This document shows positions 61,073 through 64,000 of a stretch of DNA of 64,000 bases, piece by piece. Source of the stretch: Gemmatimonas sp. (lineage in GTDB: Bacteria; Gemmatimonadota; Gemmatimonadetes; Gemmatimonadales; Gemmatimonadaceae). A program made the position numbers and the translations under genes. Under the pieces are notes generated by a model. That model saw nothing but the letters and a program-made list of their open reading frames with translations, did no database searches and was not told the origin of the DNA. How positions within the stretch are numbered: the stretch's first letter is position 1; each line of letters starts with the position of its first letter. Location of the stretch: the NCBI GenBank assembly GCA_965279375.1, contig OZ257156.1, forward strand, positions 640,001-704,000, in the 5' to 3' direction.

Positions 61073-61570
61073 TCAGGTCGAGCGGTCGCTCACTGCGTGT
61101 ACGAACCCAGCGGGATCGTCCACGTGCAGCCCAACGAAGCGCGTTCGCTTTCGAACGCCCTTGAACAGCTCAACACACCCTGCCTCGTCGAGCTGCAGCA
61201 GAACGTTAGGCTCCGCCGGCTTGGTGAGATTGAGCATCCCGTTCCGCACCGCGTCGAGGTCTCGCCAGCCGGGTTGTGATGCGTCTTGCACATCCGTTCT
61301 GGCAATCCGCGCCGTGAAGCGCTTACCGATCGGCAGCTCGATGCGATCGGCGAAGACGCGGATTCGCAGCGTGCCGATGGCGCGGTAGTCGGCGGCGAGC
61401 CACCAGAGCGTAGCCAGCGACGACAGAGTAAGGAGCCACGCCGCCACCGGATGCTTCTGCGCTAGCCAGAGATGTAGGACCGCCGACTCGATGCACAGCA
61501 CGAGCGCCAATCCGGCCATCAGACTGCCAGAACGGGCTGCGCGATACGAGAAGTCGGTCGACTCGGCCAT
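61073..61570 (-). CDS. Hypothetical membrane protein (two TMs + bPH-like domain)
   Basis: Hydrophobic N-region; PNVLLQL...VDDPAGF C-terminus. Confidence 0.7.
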   Translation of the reverse strand: MAESTDFSYRAARSGSLMAGLALVLCIESAVLHLWLAQKHPVAAWLLTLSSLATLWWLAADYRAIGTLRIRVFADRIELPIGKRFTARIARTDVQDASQPGWRDLDAVRNGMLNLTKPAEPNVLLQLDEAGCVELFKGVRKRTRFVGLHVDDPAGFVHAVSDRST

Positions 61571-61582
61571 GTGCGCGGTCGG

Positions 61583-62746
<1,164 letters not shown>

Positions 62747-63754
62747 TCAACCCCAGAGCGCGGCCGTGGGCGGCTGCATGACGCCATTCACGCAGGGCAT
62801 GGCGTGCTCACGATCGAGTTTCTGCAGCAGCGGACCATCCAGATCCACGTAACCACACCGCTGCCCAACCAGAAACGCCGGCGCCATTCCTAACGACGTG
62901 CCGCACATGTTGCCGACCATCAGCTCCACGCCAAGCGATTGCGCCTCATCGGACATCGCCAATGCCTCGGTGAGTCCACCGCACTTGTCGAGCTTGATGT
63001 TGAAGAACTGATAGTACTCCGACAGCGAACGCAGCGACGCGCGGTCGGTGCACGATTCATCCGCGGCCAACGGCAGCGGCGATTGCAGCCCGGCCAGTTG
63101 CGCGTCCTCTTTGCGCTTGACCGGCTGCTCCACCATCTCGACGCCCAGCTCCACCAGCTGCGGCAGCACACGCTCCAACAGCTCACGCGTCCACGCCTGA
63201 TTGGCATCGACTGCGATGCGCGCGTGCGGATGCTCCTCGCGCACCCAGCGCACCACGTCCACGTGACGCTCGCCATCGCACTTGAGCTTGAGCAGTGGAT
63301 AGTTGCGTGCCTCGCGCGCCTTGCGACGCGTGTCCGCCTCGCTGCCCAGTCCCAGCGTGAATACCGTCGTCAGCGGCTGAAGCGTCGGCAACCCCGCCGC
63401 CTGCCACACGGGCACGCCGCTTTGCTTGGCCTGCAGATCCCACAGCGCGCAATCGAGCGCGTTGCGCGCGCCTCCCGGAGGCATCATTCGCTGCAACGCC
63501 TCCAGCGTGCTGCGTTGCACGCGACCGTCCGGCAACGCCTGCTGCAGGGCGGGCATGACGGCGTCGATCTGCTGCACCAGCATCGCCGGCGTCTCACCGT
63601 CGTAGTCCACGCCAGCCGCTTCAGCACGACCGACATTGCCCGTCGTGTCGGTGAGCGTCACGTAGATGACCGGGAGCGCGGTGATGACCCCACGCGCAAT
63701 CTCGAACGGCTCGTTCAGCTCCCACTGCTCCACGGTCACGCTGGTCGTGATCAT
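62747..63754 (-). CDS. Dipeptide (L-Ala-D/L-Glu) epimerase, enolase superfamily
   Basis: ARNALDCALWDL, KLK, DANQ, EQP, ADES, NIKLDKCGGL and DLDG motifs. Confidence 0.9.
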   Translation of the reverse strand: MITTSVTVEQWELNEPFEIARGVITALPVIYVTLTDTTGNVGRAEAAGVDYDGETPAMLVQQIDAVMPALQQALPDGRVQRSTLEALQRMMPPGGARNALDCALWDLQAKQSGVPVWQAAGLPTLQPLTTVFTLGLGSEADTRRKAREARNYPLLKLKCDGERHVDVVRWVREEHPHARIAVDANQAWTRELLERVLPQLVELGVEMVEQPVKRKEDAQLAGLQSPLPLAADESCTDRASLRSLSEYYQFFNIKLDKCGGLTEALAMSDEAQSLGVELMVGNMCGTSLGMAPAFLVGQRCGYVDLDGPLLQKLDREHAMPCVNGVMQPPTAALWG

Positions 63755-63999
63755 GCGTGGTGCCCTTCGCCGCTAAGTACACCCTGCGCGATGGCGTCCA
63801 CACCGCCGCGCATGGGATCGCACACCGGCAGCCCCAGTTCGCTCGAAACACGCGCGGCATACGCCTGCCACTCCGCGTCTGACAGCTTGGACGAATTGAT
63901 GCTCACGCCCACGCAACGGATAGCGCGGTTGGTGATGCGTCCCGCCACCGTGTACTGCGCGATCGCGTCGGCCAGCGACGGCAACGGATGGTTGGGGTA
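63751..63999 (-). CDS. DUF1611 family protein, 3' end (partial)
   Basis: CVGVSINS...ELGLPVCDPMRGGV. DUF1611 genes commonly neighbour dipeptide epimerases; 4-nt overlap here. Confidence 0.8.
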   Translation of the reverse strand, partial: YPNHPLPSLADAIAQYTVAGRITNRAIRCVGVSINSSKLSDAEWQAYAARVSSELGLPVCDPMRGGVDAIAQGVLSGEGHHA

Positions 64000-64000
64000 G

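Overview
GC-rich bacterial chromosomal segment. Gene content and style suggest Gemmatimonadota (inference): G/P-rich secreted proteins, futalosine pathway, PEP-CTERM, plant/chlamydial-type FabI. About 58 CDSs or CDS remnants were called; no rRNA, tRNA or CRISPR array was seen. Housekeeping and metabolic genes include the ppk1 3' end, mqnB-mqnD, mmsA, ettA, ccdA-tlpA, a Man-1-P guanylyltransferase, tsaC/sua5, fabI, msrA, fpg, a beta-carbonic anhydrase, an OYE oxidoreductase and a dipeptide epimerase. Main findings: (1) An envelope locus at 15.2-27.9 kb encodes an ECF sigma/anti-sigma pair, three LTxxQ-domain proteins, two TonB-dependent-receptor-like proteins, an EF-hand protein and a TetR. Three of its transcription units share an exactly spaced motif, ACCAAACGTT-N14-GGTAC, which predicts an ECF regulon. 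(2) A sigma-region-2-like/TM/FecR fusion protein. (3) A HEAT-repeat/HD-GYP gene pair that shares an unnamed N-terminal domain. (4) Three copies of a REP-like hairpin with copy-specific but paired flanks. (5) An eroded integron-cassette (attC) array carrying two serine hydrolases. (6) A DUF2946-like Cys/His/PPP leader upstream of a Met/His-rich outer-membrane protein. (7) A 1011-aa multidomain alpha/beta hydrolase plus partner gene, lying between an IS3 remnant and a deleted LysR/isochorismatase pair.
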